A stretch of DNA of 64,000 bases. Origin: an uncultured bacterium (lineage in GTDB: Bacteria; Margulisbacteria; WOR-1; CAVSGV01). The position numbers and the translations under genes are program-made. Position 1 is the first letter of the stretch. Each line of letters starts with the position of its first letter. Shown in pieces: positions 24,498-35,125 of this stretch. The stretch lies in the NCBI GenBank assembly GCA_963768305.1, contig CAVYHE010000003.1, positions 256,001 to 320,000 of the forward strand. Reading direction: 5' to 3'. The notes beneath the pieces were generated by a model. It was not told the origin of the DNA. It saw only the letters and a list, made by a program, of their open reading frames with translations, and did not search any database.

Positions 24498-25319
24498 TCA
24501 TGTCTGCGGTATGGAATCGATTATATCACTTGCAATGACGCCGCGGTCGCCTTTTTTTGATGATGCGCGGTTGCCCGCCATGCCGTGAATGAAAGCCGCG
24601 GCCACGGCCGCATGGAAACTATCCACTCCCTGACCTATGAGGCTCGCGACGATCCCTGTCAGAACATCCCCGGAACCGGCGGTGGCAAGTGCGGGATTTT
24701 TCACCGGATTGATGAATATCTTTCCTTTGCCGGCTATGACCGTTTCGGCGCCCTTCAGGACCACGGTCACGCCGAATTTCGATGCGAACGAGGCGGCTGA
24801 ACCGGTCCTGTCATTCTGTATGGATCGAACGCTCTTTTTCGTCAGTCTGGAGAATTCTCCCGGATGCGGAGTGATGACCATATCTTTTCCGCTTTTCTTC
24901 AAGATCGACGGATCGGAAATAGCGTTCAGGCCATCGGCATCGATCACTATGGGAACTTTCACTTTTTTAGAAAGCAGGACCTTTTTCACGATCCCGGCGG
25001 CGGTATTCCCCCTTGAAAGCCCGGGGCCGATCGCTATGGCATCGAAATCCGTTAATTTATCGTTCAGCTGTGAAAAACCGGCGACGATAGTTTCCAGCGA
25101 TATTGAATTGACGACATTCTTTATTTTATCCGGTACGCACAGTGTAACGAGGCCGGAGCCTGTTCTCAGGGCGGCGCGGGCGGTAAGGACAGCCGCCCCT
25201 ATCATTCCGGATGAACCCGCAATGATAAGGACTTTTCCAAAATCGCCCTTATTGGCGTCAGCCTTGCGCTTTGGAAGAACATTGGCCACATATTTGGAAC
25301 TGGTGATAGATGTTTTCAT
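24498..25319 (-). CDS. nnrD: ADP-dependent NAD(P)H-hydrate dehydratase
   Basis: NKGDFG, IGPGL, IDADGL, TPHPGEF, AGSGDVL. Confidence 0.92.
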   Translation of the reverse strand: MKTSITSSKYVANVLPKRKADANKGDFGKVLIIAGSSGMIGAAVLTARAALRTGSGLVTLCVPDKIKNVVNSISLETIVAGFSQLNDKLTDFDAIAIGPGLSRGNTAAGIVKKVLLSKKVKVPIVIDADGLNAISDPSILKKSGKDMVITPHPGEFSRLTKKSVRSIQNDRTGSAASFASKFGVTVVLKGAETVIAGKGKIFINPVKNPALATAGSGDVLTGIVASLIGQGVDSFHAAVAAAFIHGMAGNRASSKKGDRGVIASDIIDSIPQT

Positions 25320-25322
25320 CCT

Positions 25323-25673
25323 TTAATTCACCATCACAACTGCGGTCGCGTAATCCTTGCTGTGGGAAAGGCTCACCATCGCTCGTTTCACAAGCTTGCG
25401 GTTCACGTAAATATTGGGCTTCCCGAGGCAGTCGTTTATTACCTCTATCTCTTTCCAGTAGATGCCCTTTATGCCGGTGCCGATGGCTTTTGAATAGGCC
25501 TCTTTAGCGGCAAATCGGGCGGCGAGTTCGGGGAATTTAAGCGCTTTTTTGGATGAGCAGTATTTCAGCTCTCTTTGGGTGAATATCCTTTTGAGGAATT
25601 TATCTTTGAACTGCTTGACGGCATCTTTGACCCTGTGTATCTCTATTATGTCGATCCCAATGCCTTTTTGCAC
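25323..25673 (-). CDS. acpS: Holo-ACP synthase
   Basis: GIGIDI, ARFAAKEA, SLSH. Confidence 0.93.
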   Translation of the reverse strand: MQKGIGIDIIEIHRVKDAVKQFKDKFLKRIFTQRELKYCSSKKALKFPELAARFAAKEAYSKAIGTGIKGIYWKEIEVINDCLGKPNIYVNRKLVKRAMVSLSHSKDYATAVVMVN

Positions 25674-25677
25674 GGCT

Positions 25678-26604
25678 TTAGCTTACCGCCGTGAGCCAAT
25701 CCATGTATTTCGGGTCATCGCCTTTGACCGCTTTGAAATATACTTCCTGCAGTTTTTTTGACACGGGCCCGACGTTGCCGTCATTTATCGTTTTTCCGTC
25801 CACGCTGACTATGGGGGATATCTGGGCGCCCGTTCCGCAGAAGAAAAGCTCATCCGCTCCGTAAAGTTCTTCTTTTTTAACGTGGCGCTCTATCGTTTCC
25901 ACCCCGAGCTCTTTTTCGGCAAGCTCTATCAATGATACGCGGGTTATGCCGGGAAGGATTATTTCCGTCAGAGGAGGAGTTATCAATATCCCGTTCTTTA
26001 CAAGGAAAAGATTCTCCCCCGATCCTTCCGCCACGGTCCCTTCCGGAGAAAGCAGGATCGCTTCGTCAAAGCCTTTTTCAAGCGCTTCCGCCTTGGCGAG
26101 AGAGGAATTGATATATGCGCCGGTTATCTTCGCTCCCTGAGGGAGCGACTGGGCGCCGATCCTTCTCCATGATGATATGCAGACATTTATCCCCTTGGAT
26201 ACGTCCAGATATTCGCCGAACGGGGCAACGAACATGCAGAAATCATCGGCTATTCCTGTCAATCCCAGTCCGATCTTTTCTTCCGATTTGTATGCAAGCG
26301 GTCTAACATAAACATCTTCCTTGTAGTCATTGCGCTTGCAAAGCTCCGCGGTGATCCTTATCAATTCTTCAACGGAATATTTCAGCTTTATATTCACCGC
26401 AAGCGCGGAAACCTGGAGCCTTTCAAAATGCTCCTTGAGTTTTAAAAGGAACATCTGTTTTTTTCGGGGATTCCAGTAACCGCGTATGCCCTCAAAAACG
26501 CCCGTGCCGTAATTGAAAGCGTGGGTCATTATCCCGATCTTCGCGTCGGCAAAAGGAACGAATTTTCCCTGAAAGAACGCTGTTTTCATTTGCTCTCCGA
26601 TCAA
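25678..26604 (-). CDS. ilvE: Branched-chain amino acid aminotransferase
   Basis: YGTGVFEGIR, AKITGAY, EGSGEN, LPGITR. Confidence 0.9.
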   Translation of the reverse strand: MIGEQMKTAFFQGKFVPFADAKIGIMTHAFNYGTGVFEGIRGYWNPRKKQMFLLKLKEHFERLQVSALAVNIKLKYSVEELIRITAELCKRNDYKEDVYVRPLAYKSEEKIGLGLTGIADDFCMFVAPFGEYLDVSKGINVCISSWRRIGAQSLPQGAKITGAYINSSLAKAEALEKGFDEAILLSPEGTVAEGSGENLFLVKNGILITPPLTEIILPGITRVSLIELAEKELGVETIERHVKKEELYGADELFFCGTGAQISPIVSVDGKTINDGNVGPVSKKLQEVYFKAVKGDDPKYMDWLTAVS

Positions 26605-26607
26605 AAT

Positions 26608-28185
26608 TTACATGGATTCCGGAGCCGTTATTCCCAATAATTTTAACACATTCCTCAAAACTATTGAAGCCGATTTGACCAGCGCCAGCCTGGCTTTGGA
26701 CAATTCTTTGTCATCGGTTATGACCCTTTCCTGGTGATAATAATTGTGGAATATCTGAGCAAGAGATTCCGCGTAGGCGGTCAATCTATGCGGTTGCATT
26801 GATAAAGCGGCGCTGATGACCTCGTCCTCGAAGTGCAGAAGTTTAAGCATCAATTTTCTTTCCGGTTCGGCTTTAAGCAGCTCCATATGCGATGTCGATG
26901 GCGAAAGCCCGGCTTTTTTTGCCTCTTTCAGGATGCTTATGATCCTCGCGTGGGCATAGCCTACATAATATACAGGATTTTCAAGGGATTTTGATTTCGC
27001 GAGTTCAAGGTCAAAATCCAGGTGCGTGCTCGGGCTGTTCTTCACGAGGAAATATCTTGCGGCGGGGGTCCCGATTTCATCGATAACCTCCTTAAGCGTT
27101 ATCATCTCCCCTGTCCTTTTGCTCATTTTCACAAGTTCCTTGCCCCTGTAGAGCGCCACAAGCTGGCCGATGATTATTTCAAGGTTTTCGTCCGGGTATC
27201 CGAGCGCGGTCATCGCCGCTTTCAATCTTGCAACATAGCCGTGATGATCCGTTCCCCAGACATTGATTATCCTGTCATAGCCGCGGTCGAACTTGCCGGC
27301 ATGATATGCTATATCGGCCGCGAAATAAGTGGTTTGGCCGTCCTCTTTTACAAGCACCCTGTTCTTGTCGTCACCGTACTGGCTGGACTTGAACCATAAA
27401 GCAGAACCTTCATGGAAAGTAAGACCCTTGTCTTCCAGGCGTTTTATGCATTTTTTAACTAGACCTTTTTTATGAAGTTCGCTCTCAAAAAACCATTTGT
27501 CGTAATTGACCCCCAGCTCTTTCAGGGTCTCTTTCTGATCTTCCAGGAGCATCTTCAAGGATTCTTCCTTGACCCGGTTCTTATTCCTGATATGAGCGGC
27601 GACATCCTCGATGTATTTTCCGGCATATCCGTTTTCCGGGACCGGTTGCCCATCCATTTTCGCTTTTACAGACGATACAAGGTTGTTTATCTGTTCGCCG
27701 ACGTCATTCACGTAATATTCCCTGTCCACCTTGAATCCAACGGTTTTCATTATGTTCGCAAGGCAGTCCCCTATTACCGCCCACCTGCCGTGGCCTATAT
27801 GAAGCGGACCGGTTGGATTCGCGCTTACATATTCAAGGAGAACTTTTTTTCCTTTGCCGGCGTCAGAGCGACCATATTTCTCATCGTATTTAAGTATATC
27901 CGCGATATTCATTACAAGGACCAAGTCTTTGAGCTTAAAGTTTATGAATCCCTGTGGCGTAGCGTCGATCTTAGCGAAGAGCTTGCCGTTATCGATCTTC
28001 TTAATGCCGGAAACTATGATGTTCGCTGCATCGATCGGCGTGGACTTGTTGGCTCTGGCAATAAGCATTGCGATGTTAGTTGAATAATCGCCGTACTGCT
28101 CGTTCTTCGGGGTTTCTATCTCTACAGGAAGATCGGCGGCAATGTCGCTTTTAATGAGGGCTTTTATTTTCTGCTGGATCGGCAT
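26608..28185 (-). CDS. argS: Arginine--tRNA ligase
   Basis: SANPTGPLHIGH, KMSKR, APESM C-terminus. Confidence 0.95.
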   Translation of the reverse strand: MPIQQKIKALIKSDIAADLPVEIETPKNEQYGDYSTNIAMLIARANKSTPIDAANIIVSGIKKIDNGKLFAKIDATPQGFINFKLKDLVLVMNIADILKYDEKYGRSDAGKGKKVLLEYVSANPTGPLHIGHGRWAVIGDCLANIMKTVGFKVDREYYVNDVGEQINNLVSSVKAKMDGQPVPENGYAGKYIEDVAAHIRNKNRVKEESLKMLLEDQKETLKELGVNYDKWFFESELHKKGLVKKCIKRLEDKGLTFHEGSALWFKSSQYGDDKNRVLVKEDGQTTYFAADIAYHAGKFDRGYDRIINVWGTDHHGYVARLKAAMTALGYPDENLEIIIGQLVALYRGKELVKMSKRTGEMITLKEVIDEIGTPAARYFLVKNSPSTHLDFDLELAKSKSLENPVYYVGYAHARIISILKEAKKAGLSPSTSHMELLKAEPERKLMLKLLHFEDEVISAALSMQPHRLTAYAESLAQIFHNYYHQERVITDDKELSKARLALVKSASIVLRNVLKLLGITAPESM

Positions 28186-28201
28186 GGTTATGATAAGGCC
28201 G

Positions 28202-29047
28202 TCAGGAAGCTTTCGGATATGAGCCTAGCATCTTGAAGAAAGAAGCTTTCCCTTTGACCTCTTTTAACGCATCGGCGACCTTCTTGCCAGCCCTGTGGCC
28301 GTCGATATCGATGAAGAAAAAGTAATCCCCGAGCGTTCTTTTGGTCGGCCGCGACTCTATCTTTGTCAGATTTATGCCGCGTTTTGCGAACTCCCCGAGG
28401 ATCGCGTAAAGGCCTCCCGGCCTGTCCTTCTTTATGGAGAATACTATTGATGTTTTATCTTTTCCCGTCTTAAGATGGTCCTTCTTTGCAAGAACGACGA
28501 ATCTCGTGGCATTATGCGGGGAATCGTTCACATTTGAAGCTATTATCACCAAATTATAGAGTTTCGCGGATATCTTGGAGCCGATGGCCGCGGGAACTTC
28601 CAGCCCCTTCACGATCCCCGCTTCAGCGACCTGCCTTGCGGCGTCAGCAGAGCTGAAAGCGAACCTTATCCTGGCCTTGGGAAGGTTCTTTCTTAAATAA
28701 TGTTTGCACTGATCTATGATCTGGGGGAACGAGACGACCTCTGTGACCTTTGAGGGAGGAACTTGTATTTTTGACATCAAATAATGCTGGACCGGAATGA
28801 CGAGCTCCTGTTTTATCTGGAGACGTACCTCGTTGACCAAAATATCGGTCACTGTGCCGATGGTCCCTTCAACAGAGTTCTCGATCGGGACTATGCCTTC
28901 ATCCAGCTTGCCTTTGTCCACATCCATGAGGACATCATGAAAAGTGGAGTATGGGAGGAACTCCGCCTTACCGATCTTTTTCAGATAAACTGAGCTTGCT
29001 TCTTCCGAGAAGGTTCCTTCCGGGCCGAGATATCCTATTTTTAACAT
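28202..29047 (-). CDS. pheA: Prephenate dehydratase
   Basis: LGPEGTFS, PIENS.EG, N.TRF, LTKIESRP. Confidence 0.92.
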   Translation of the reverse strand: MLKIGYLGPEGTFSEEASSVYLKKIGKAEFLPYSTFHDVLMDVDKGKLDEGIVPIENSVEGTIGTVTDILVNEVRLQIKQELVIPVQHYLMSKIQVPPSKVTEVVSFPQIIDQCKHYLRKNLPKARIRFAFSSADAARQVAEAGIVKGLEVPAAIGSKISAKLYNLVIIASNVNDSPHNATRFVVLAKKDHLKTGKDKTSIVFSIKKDRPGGLYAILGEFAKRGINLTKIESRPTKRTLGDYFFFIDIDGHRAGKKVADALKEVKGKASFFKMLGSYPKAS

Positions 29048-29049
29048 GG

Positions 29050-29487
29050 CTATCTCCTTTCAACTTTGATTTTCGATTCTTTCAGCATCTTTCGGGCAAG
29101 TTTATCGGGGTAATCGCCTTCATAAACAAGCCGCTTTATCCCAGAATTTATCATCATTTTAACACAAATTATGCAGGGTTGGTAAGTTGCATACATGGTG
29201 GATCCTTCTATTTTCACCCCATGCCAGGCCGCCTGGATTATCGCGTTCTGTTCCGCGTGAAGACCTCTGCATAATTCGTGCCGCTGGCCGGAAGGAACTT
29301 TCAATTTTTTCCTGAGGCAGCCTGTCAAACTGCAATGTTCAATATCCTTTGGTGCGCCGTTGTAGCCGGTGGAAAGTATCCTGTGGTCCATCACGATGAT
29401 AGCGCCGACCTGTCTTTTAAGGCAGGTGGAACGGACGGCTACATCCTTTGTGATCTTCATGAAATATTCGTCCCAGGAAGGGCGCAT
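29050..29487 (-). CDS. dCMP deaminase family protein
   Basis: [19 protein letters not shown]. Confidence 0.9.
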   Translation of the reverse strand: MRPSWDEYFMKITKDVAVRSTCLKRQVGAIIVMDHRILSTGYNGAPKDIEHCSLTGCLRKKLKVPSGQRHELCRGLHAEQNAIIQAAWHGVKIEGSTMYATYQPCIICVKMMINSGIKRLVYEGDYPDKLARKMLKESKIKVERR

Positions 29488-29489
29488 CG

Positions 29490-30437
29490 TTATTTCCTCT
29501 TTATTACGCTTCGGACGGCGGAGCAGATGTCCTTTGAGGTAAGGCCGTATTTTTCAAGAAGCTCCTCCGGCTTTCCGGATTCGCCGAACATGTCCTTCAT
29601 GCCGACCCTGGACATGGGAACGGGCATGTTCTCTCCCAGAACTTCGGCGACCGCGCCGCCAAGCCCCCCGACAATTGAATGCTCTTCAGCCGTGACAATC
29701 GCTCCGGTTTCCTGGGCGCACCTTATGATAAGCTCCCTGTCGAGAGGCTTTATCGTGTGCATGTTCACGACCCTGGCGCTTATTCCTTCACTTGAGAGTT
29801 GTTCCGCCGCGACAAGCGCGTGATGGACCATTATCCCGGTCGCGATGATGGTGACATCGGTGCCCGGCCTCATTATAATTCCTTTGCCGATGTGAAGTTC
29901 ATAATTGGCATTTTCGTGGACCAATGGAGTCGGCAGCCGCGGTATCCTGACATATGAAGGACCATATTCATTCACAAGCATTTTTATCACACGCGCTGTT
30001 TCAATGGCGTCTGCGGGGACTATCACGGTCATGTTGGGGATAACCCTCATTATGGCGATGTCCTCATTTGCCTGATGCGTCGCGCCGTCCTCGCCGGTGG
30101 TAATGCCTCCGTGCGTGACGACCAGCTTCACGTTCAACCTGGTGTAAGCCATGGAAACCCTTACCTGGTCCCACGCGCGGCCTGAGCCGAAAACGGCGAA
30201 AGTGCTGGCAAAAACTATTTTCCCGCATGGCTGCGAGCCCTGCCGCTGTGCTTATCATGTCCTGCTCGGCGACGCCCATGTCAAAGAACCTGTCGGGGAA
30301 TTCCTTCGCGAAAATGTTCGTTTTAGTCGAGGCGGAAAGGTCGGCATCAAGTACGACAATGTCCTTATTGACCTTTCCGAGCTCCAAAGGAGCGTCTTTC
30401 CGTACGCGTCGCGCGATGATGCAAGAGTTTCTGCCAT
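29490..30437 (-). CDS. Transketolase C-terminal subunit, frameshifts
   Basis: [24 protein letters not shown]. Confidence 0.9.
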
Positions 30438-31685
30438 CAGATAAGCTCCTCCAGCGCCTTGATCACTTCTTCTTTTGTCGGCGCCTTGCCGTGAAAATCC
30501 GTCGGCTTGCTTTCCATGAAAGAAACGCCTTTTCCTTTCACCGTCTCGGCGATTATGATCGTTGGTTTTCCTTTGAAGTGTACGCCTTCTTCCAAAGCTT
30601 TCATTATTGATTTGATATCATGCCCGTTCACGTTATCTATTACATTGAACCTGAAGGCCTTCCATTTGTCAGCTATCGGCTGGATCCCCTTTATCTCCTC
30701 AACGCGGCCGTCTATCTGATACTTGTTGTGGTCAAGGATGACGGTAAGGTTATCCAGTTTGTAATGGCCCGCGGTCATTGCAGCTTCCCAGATCTGGCCT
30801 TCCTGCGATTCTCCGTCCCCTATCATCGCGTAAACCCTGTAATTTTTTTTGTCCATTTTTCCAGCCAAAGCCATGCCGTTCGCGGCAGAAAGGCCCTGGC
30901 CGAGCGAGCCTGTGGACATTTCTATACCTGGAAGGCTTATCATGTCTACGTGACCTTGAAGCGAACTCCCTATTTGCCGGAGCGTCTTAAGGTAACTCTT
31001 TCGTGCTTTCTTCCAAAGCTTTTATTATAGATCTCATATCATGCCCGTTCACCTTATCAATGACGTTGAACCTGAAAGCTTTCCATTTATCCGCGATAGG
31101 CTCGATACCTTTTATATCCTCCACATGGCCGTCTATCTGATATTTGTTATGGTCCAGGATCACGGTCAAATTATCCAATTTATAATGACCGGCGGTCATC
31201 GCCGCTTCCCATATCTGGCCTTCCTGCGACTCTCCGTCCCCTACCATCGCGTAAACCCTGTAATTTTTTTTGTCCATTTTTCCGGCCAAAGCCATGCCGT
31301 TCGCGGCGGAAAGGCCCTGGCCGAGCGAGCCAGTGGACATTTCTATCCCCGGAAGGCTTATCATGTCCACGTGGCCTTGAAGCGAACTCCCTATCTGCCG
31401 GAGCGTCTTAAGATAGCTTTTTGGAAAATATCCCGCTTCCGCCAATGCGGCATAAAGGACCGGAGCCGCATGGCCTTTTGAAAGGACAAACCTGTCCCTC
31501 TCAGGCCATTTGGGATCCTTTGGGTCATGGCGCAACTGATGAAAATAAAGGGCTGTAACGATATCTGCGGCTGAAAGGCTTCCGCCCGGGTGTCCGGAGC
31601 CGCACCGGCCGATCATCTCCACTATATGTCGGCGTATGACCTTTGCCTTGTCCTCAAGTTCTTTTATTTTTGCCGAATTTACCAT
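30437..31685 (-). CDS. Transketolase N-terminal subunit containing a ~421-bp internal tandem duplication
   Basis: GHPGGSLS and SKGHAAP once; STGSLGQG and GDGESQEG twice. Confidence 0.85.
30585..31425. repeat. Diverged tandem duplication, unit 421 bp, inside transketolase
   Basis: GAGCGTCTTAAG at 30980 and 31401; copies differ at many synonymous and conservative positions. Confidence 0.9.
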
Positions 31686-31695
31686 AAAAACCTCA

Positions 31696-32611
31696 TCAGA
31701 ATAACATGTTGAGTTTGCCGCTGTCAACAAGCTCAAGTTCAAGTTTGACCTTGAACTTTTCATTTACACTGGATTTAACTTTACGAATCAAAGTTTTAAC
31801 GTCCTTTGCCTTTGCCTGCCCGAGATTGATGATGAAATTCCCGTGTTTTTTTGAAACTTCCGCATCCCCCGCCCTTAATCCTTTGCATCCCGCCATATCT
31901 ATCAATTTTCCCGCAGGAACATCTTTCGGATTCTTAAAGACAGATCCAGCGCTTGGCGCTGAAAGCGGCTGCATCTCTTTTCGCTTTGAGATAACTTCCT
32001 TCATCCTGTTCTGGATATTGACCTTGCTTTTGTTCGTCAATTTCAGCCCGACGCCGGTCAGGATGCAATCATGGATATTGCTTTTCCTGTAAGAAAATTT
32101 CAGGTCTGATGCCGTCATTCTTTGCGTTTTGCCGTCCGCATCGATGATATCGGCATATTCACCAAGACTCCCGATATCCTGCCCGAAAGCTCCCATGTTC
32201 ATAACAACAGCTCCTCCGACCGCGGCCGGGACCCCTGCTGAGAACTCCAATCCGGACAGACCGATCGATGCCAGTTTATTCAGCAGCGTGCTGCAGCAAT
32301 GTTCCGGCACCGACATGGATCGATCTGCCGGCGCACTCAAAACCGTCCAATCCTCCGGATATTTTTATCACGATCCCCCTTATCCCGCCGTCAGGGATCA
32401 GAAGATTGGAGCCGTTGCCGATGACATATTTCTTCAGGCCCTTTGTCACGGCCAGAACATCCTGCAGTCCCAGCAAACTTTTTGGAACGACCAAAATATC
32501 CGCGGGCCCGCCTATCTTTAGAGTCGTATGGCGGCTGAGCGGCTCGTCTTTGCACGCTCTTACTGTTCTTAGCTTTTTAAGCTCCTTGAATATTTCCTGA
32601 TTATTGGACAT
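31696..32611 (-). CDS. murB: UDP-N-acetylenolpyruvoylglucosamine reductase; frameshift near 32290
   Basis: IGGPA, GNGSNLL, GSVFKNP, KHGNF. Confidence 0.92.
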
Positions 32612-34025
32612 TTCCCTTTAACCTGCTGTATATCTCTTTCCCGACATTATTGATATCTCCCGCACCCATTGTGATGATAATGTCATTAGGGCGGGAGATC
32701 TCCACGATATAGCCGGCTATCAGCTCTCTTTTCTTGAAATACACCACTTCTTTATTGTATTTTTTTATTTCATTCAGGATCGTTTCCCCTGAGATACCAA
32801 CTATAGGGTGTTCGCCGGCGCTGTAAATATCGGCCAGGATAACGACGTCAGCGTTCTGGAATGCGCTTCCGAATTCCTGAAAAAGGTGCGCGGTCCTGGT
32901 GAACCTGTGAGGCTGAAAAATGCAGATGACGCGCCTTTCGGGATATCCGAGCTTGGCGGCCTCGAGCGTTTTTGCCACTTCCGTGGGATGATGCCCGTAA
33001 TCATCCACTATCATTATGTCGTTTATTTCCCCGACGATCTGGAACCTTCGCTTAGCTCCCGTGAACAACTGAAGGCCGCTGATGACCTGCTGGAATTCGC
33101 AGCCCAGCTGCGTTGTTACGGCTATCGTCGCAAGCGCGTTCTCAATGTTCTGATTTCCCGGCACGCACAATGTACAGCTGCCGAGCATCGTACCCTTGTT
33201 GTGGACATCGAACTTGGACCTTCTTTCGCTGAATATGACATTGTCAGCCCAGAAATCCAGATCGTTCGACATGCCGTATGTGATGATCTTTTTATTCGGG
33301 ATATTCTTTTTCAGCGCTTCCATTCCCTTCCCGTCCCCCCCCATCACGATAAAGCCGTCGCCAGGCACAAGGTCGGCAAAACGCGAAAATGAATCCACCA
33401 CATTATCGAACGTTCCGAAATGCTCCATGTGATCGCACTCGACGTTCGTTATCACTTCCACGGTAGGATGAAGCGTAAGGAACGAACCGTCGCTCTCATC
33501 GGCTTCAGCCACGACATATTCCTGCTCTCCCAGGCGCGCGTTCCCGTCCACGTCATTTGCTTCTCCTCCGATAAGGAAAGTGGGGTCCTTATCGCATCTC
33601 GAAAGCGCCATTGCGATCATGGAAGTCGTGGTCGTCTTCCCGTGAGTTCCCGCGACCGCGATCCTTATCTTGAACTGGTCCATTATCCAGGAAAGCATTT
33701 CGGCCCTTTTTTCAATGGGTATCCCGGACGAGATCGATTCTTCGATCTCAGCGTTGCCGGACGGGATCGCGGAGGAAACAACGGTCAGATCGGCGCCTCT
33801 CACATTTGTTCTGTCGTGGCCGATGAACACTTTCGCTCCCATGTCTTTCAGCCTTATCGTGTTCGCAGATTCTTTCAGGTCCGACCCCGTGACCTTATAT
33901 CCTTTTTTAATGAGTATTTTGGCGATAGCGCTCATGCCGCACCCGCCGATGCCGACGAAATGCACGATGCGTATCTTGTTCATATCCGGCTTATTTGCCG
34001 GCACGTTTTTTTCTTTTTTTGTCAT
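32601..34025 (-). CDS. murC: UDP-N-acetylmuramate--L-alanine ligase
   Basis: GIGGCGMS, GTHGKTTT, EADESD, DDYGHHPTE. Confidence 0.95.
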   Translation of the reverse strand: MTKKEKNVPANKPDMNKIRIVHFVGIGGCGMSAIAKILIKKGYKVTGSDLKESANTIRLKDMGAKVFIGHDRTNVRGADLTVVSSAIPSGNAEIEESISSGIPIEKRAEMLSWIMDQFKIRIAVAGTHGKTTTTSMIAMALSRCDKDPTFLIGGEANDVDGNARLGEQEYVVAEADESDGSFLTLHPTVEVITNVECDHMEHFGTFDNVVDSFSRFADLVPGDGFIVMGGDGKGMEALKKNIPNKKIITYGMSNDLDFWADNVIFSERRSKFDVHNKGTMLGSCTLCVPGNQNIENALATIAVTTQLGCEFQQVISGLQLFTGAKRRFQIVGEINDIMIVDDYGHHPTEVAKTLEAAKLGYPERRVICIFQPHRFTRTAHLFQEFGSAFQNADVVILADIYSAGEHPIVGISGETILNEIKKYNKEVVYFKKRELIAGYIVEISRPNDIIITMGAGDINNVGKEIYSRLKGNVQ

Positions 34026-35124
34026 TGACATAAAGTTCAATCCCCATGATATTGGCGATTATATCCACAAAATCTTTCGCCGCCTTCGGCCTTCCAAGCA
34101 ATGCGCTTGCAGACGACATTTTCGCGTGCAATTCCCTGTCCTTGATTATCTTTTCGATATTCCGGATAAGGATATCCTTGTTCAATTCTTTGTCTTTAAT
34201 AATGACCGCCGCACCGGAATCTTTTAACAGGCCGGCATTCCTGTCCTGATGGCCTTCCGCTGAGAACGGGAACGGGATCAGGATGGACGGCAATCCCCGG
34301 GCGATTATCTCTGATATGGCCGTAGCTCCAGCCCGGGAAACCACCAGATCACATGCGGCGAGCCCGTCCCATACATTATACATATAAGATATCAGGTGAT
34401 AGAAGGGGTAATTTTCTTTAACTGTCCCTTTTATCCAGCCGTGGTCCCTCTCTCCGCAGACATGAACGACCTGGATGTTCATTTCCGCAAGCTCAGGCAA
34501 TGCCTCAATGACCGCCTTATTTATTGATCTTGCTCCCTGGCTCCCTCCAAGAATAAGCAGTATCTTTTGGTCCTGGCGCAGCCCCATTTTTTGTATCGCA
34601 ATGCTTTTAACGGCTTGAACTATGTTTTTTCTTACAGGTCCTCCGACGCAATACACCTTTTTCCATTTAAAATATTTTCTTTGCGAATCAAATCCAATGT
34701 TGACCGCCGTGGCGAACCATTTGCATATCTTCGTCGCAAGCCCCGGGATAAGGTTGCCTTCATGGAGGATTATCGGTATTCTCCTGAAAGAACCGGCAAG
34801 AACTACAGGCAGGCTCACAAATCCGCCTGTGGCAACGATTATGTCAGGCTTGAACGTTTTAATGACGTTGAGAGAATCAAAAAATCCCGCGACCGCATAG
34901 AACGGCGACGTTATCGCTTTAAGCGACAGTTTCCTGAGCATCCCTCTTGCTTTTATGGTCACCAGCGAGAACCTTGCTTCGGGGACTATCTTTTCCTCTA
35001 TTCCGCCCTCACTGCCCACAAAAAGGACCTGGCTGTCCAGCATCCTGTCCTGGATCGCTTCGGCGATCGCTATCGCAGGATAAATATGTCCGCCCGTCCC
35101 GCCGCCTACCATTAAAACTTTCAT
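33991..35124 (-). CDS. murG: Lipid II GlcNAc transferase
   Basis: GGGTGGHIYP, GGSQGA, SRAGA, HQ..NA. Confidence 0.95.
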   Translation of the reverse strand: MKVLMVGGGTGGHIYPAIAIAEAIQDRMLDSQVLFVGSEGGIEEKIVPEARFSLVTIKARGMLRKLSLKAITSPFYAVAGFFDSLNVIKTFKPDIIVATGGFVSLPVVLAGSFRRIPIILHEGNLIPGLATKICKWFATAVNIGFDSQRKYFKWKKVYCVGGPVRKNIVQAVKSIAIQKMGLRQDQKILLILGGSQGARSINKAVIEALPELAEMNIQVVHVCGERDHGWIKGTVKENYPFYHLISYMYNVWDGLAACDLVVSRAGATAISEIIARGLPSILIPFPFSAEGHQDRNAGLLKDSGAAVIIKDKELNKDILIRNIEKIIKDRELHAKMSSASALLGRPKAAKDFVDIIANIMGIELYVNDKKRKKRAGK

Positions 35125-35125
35125 G

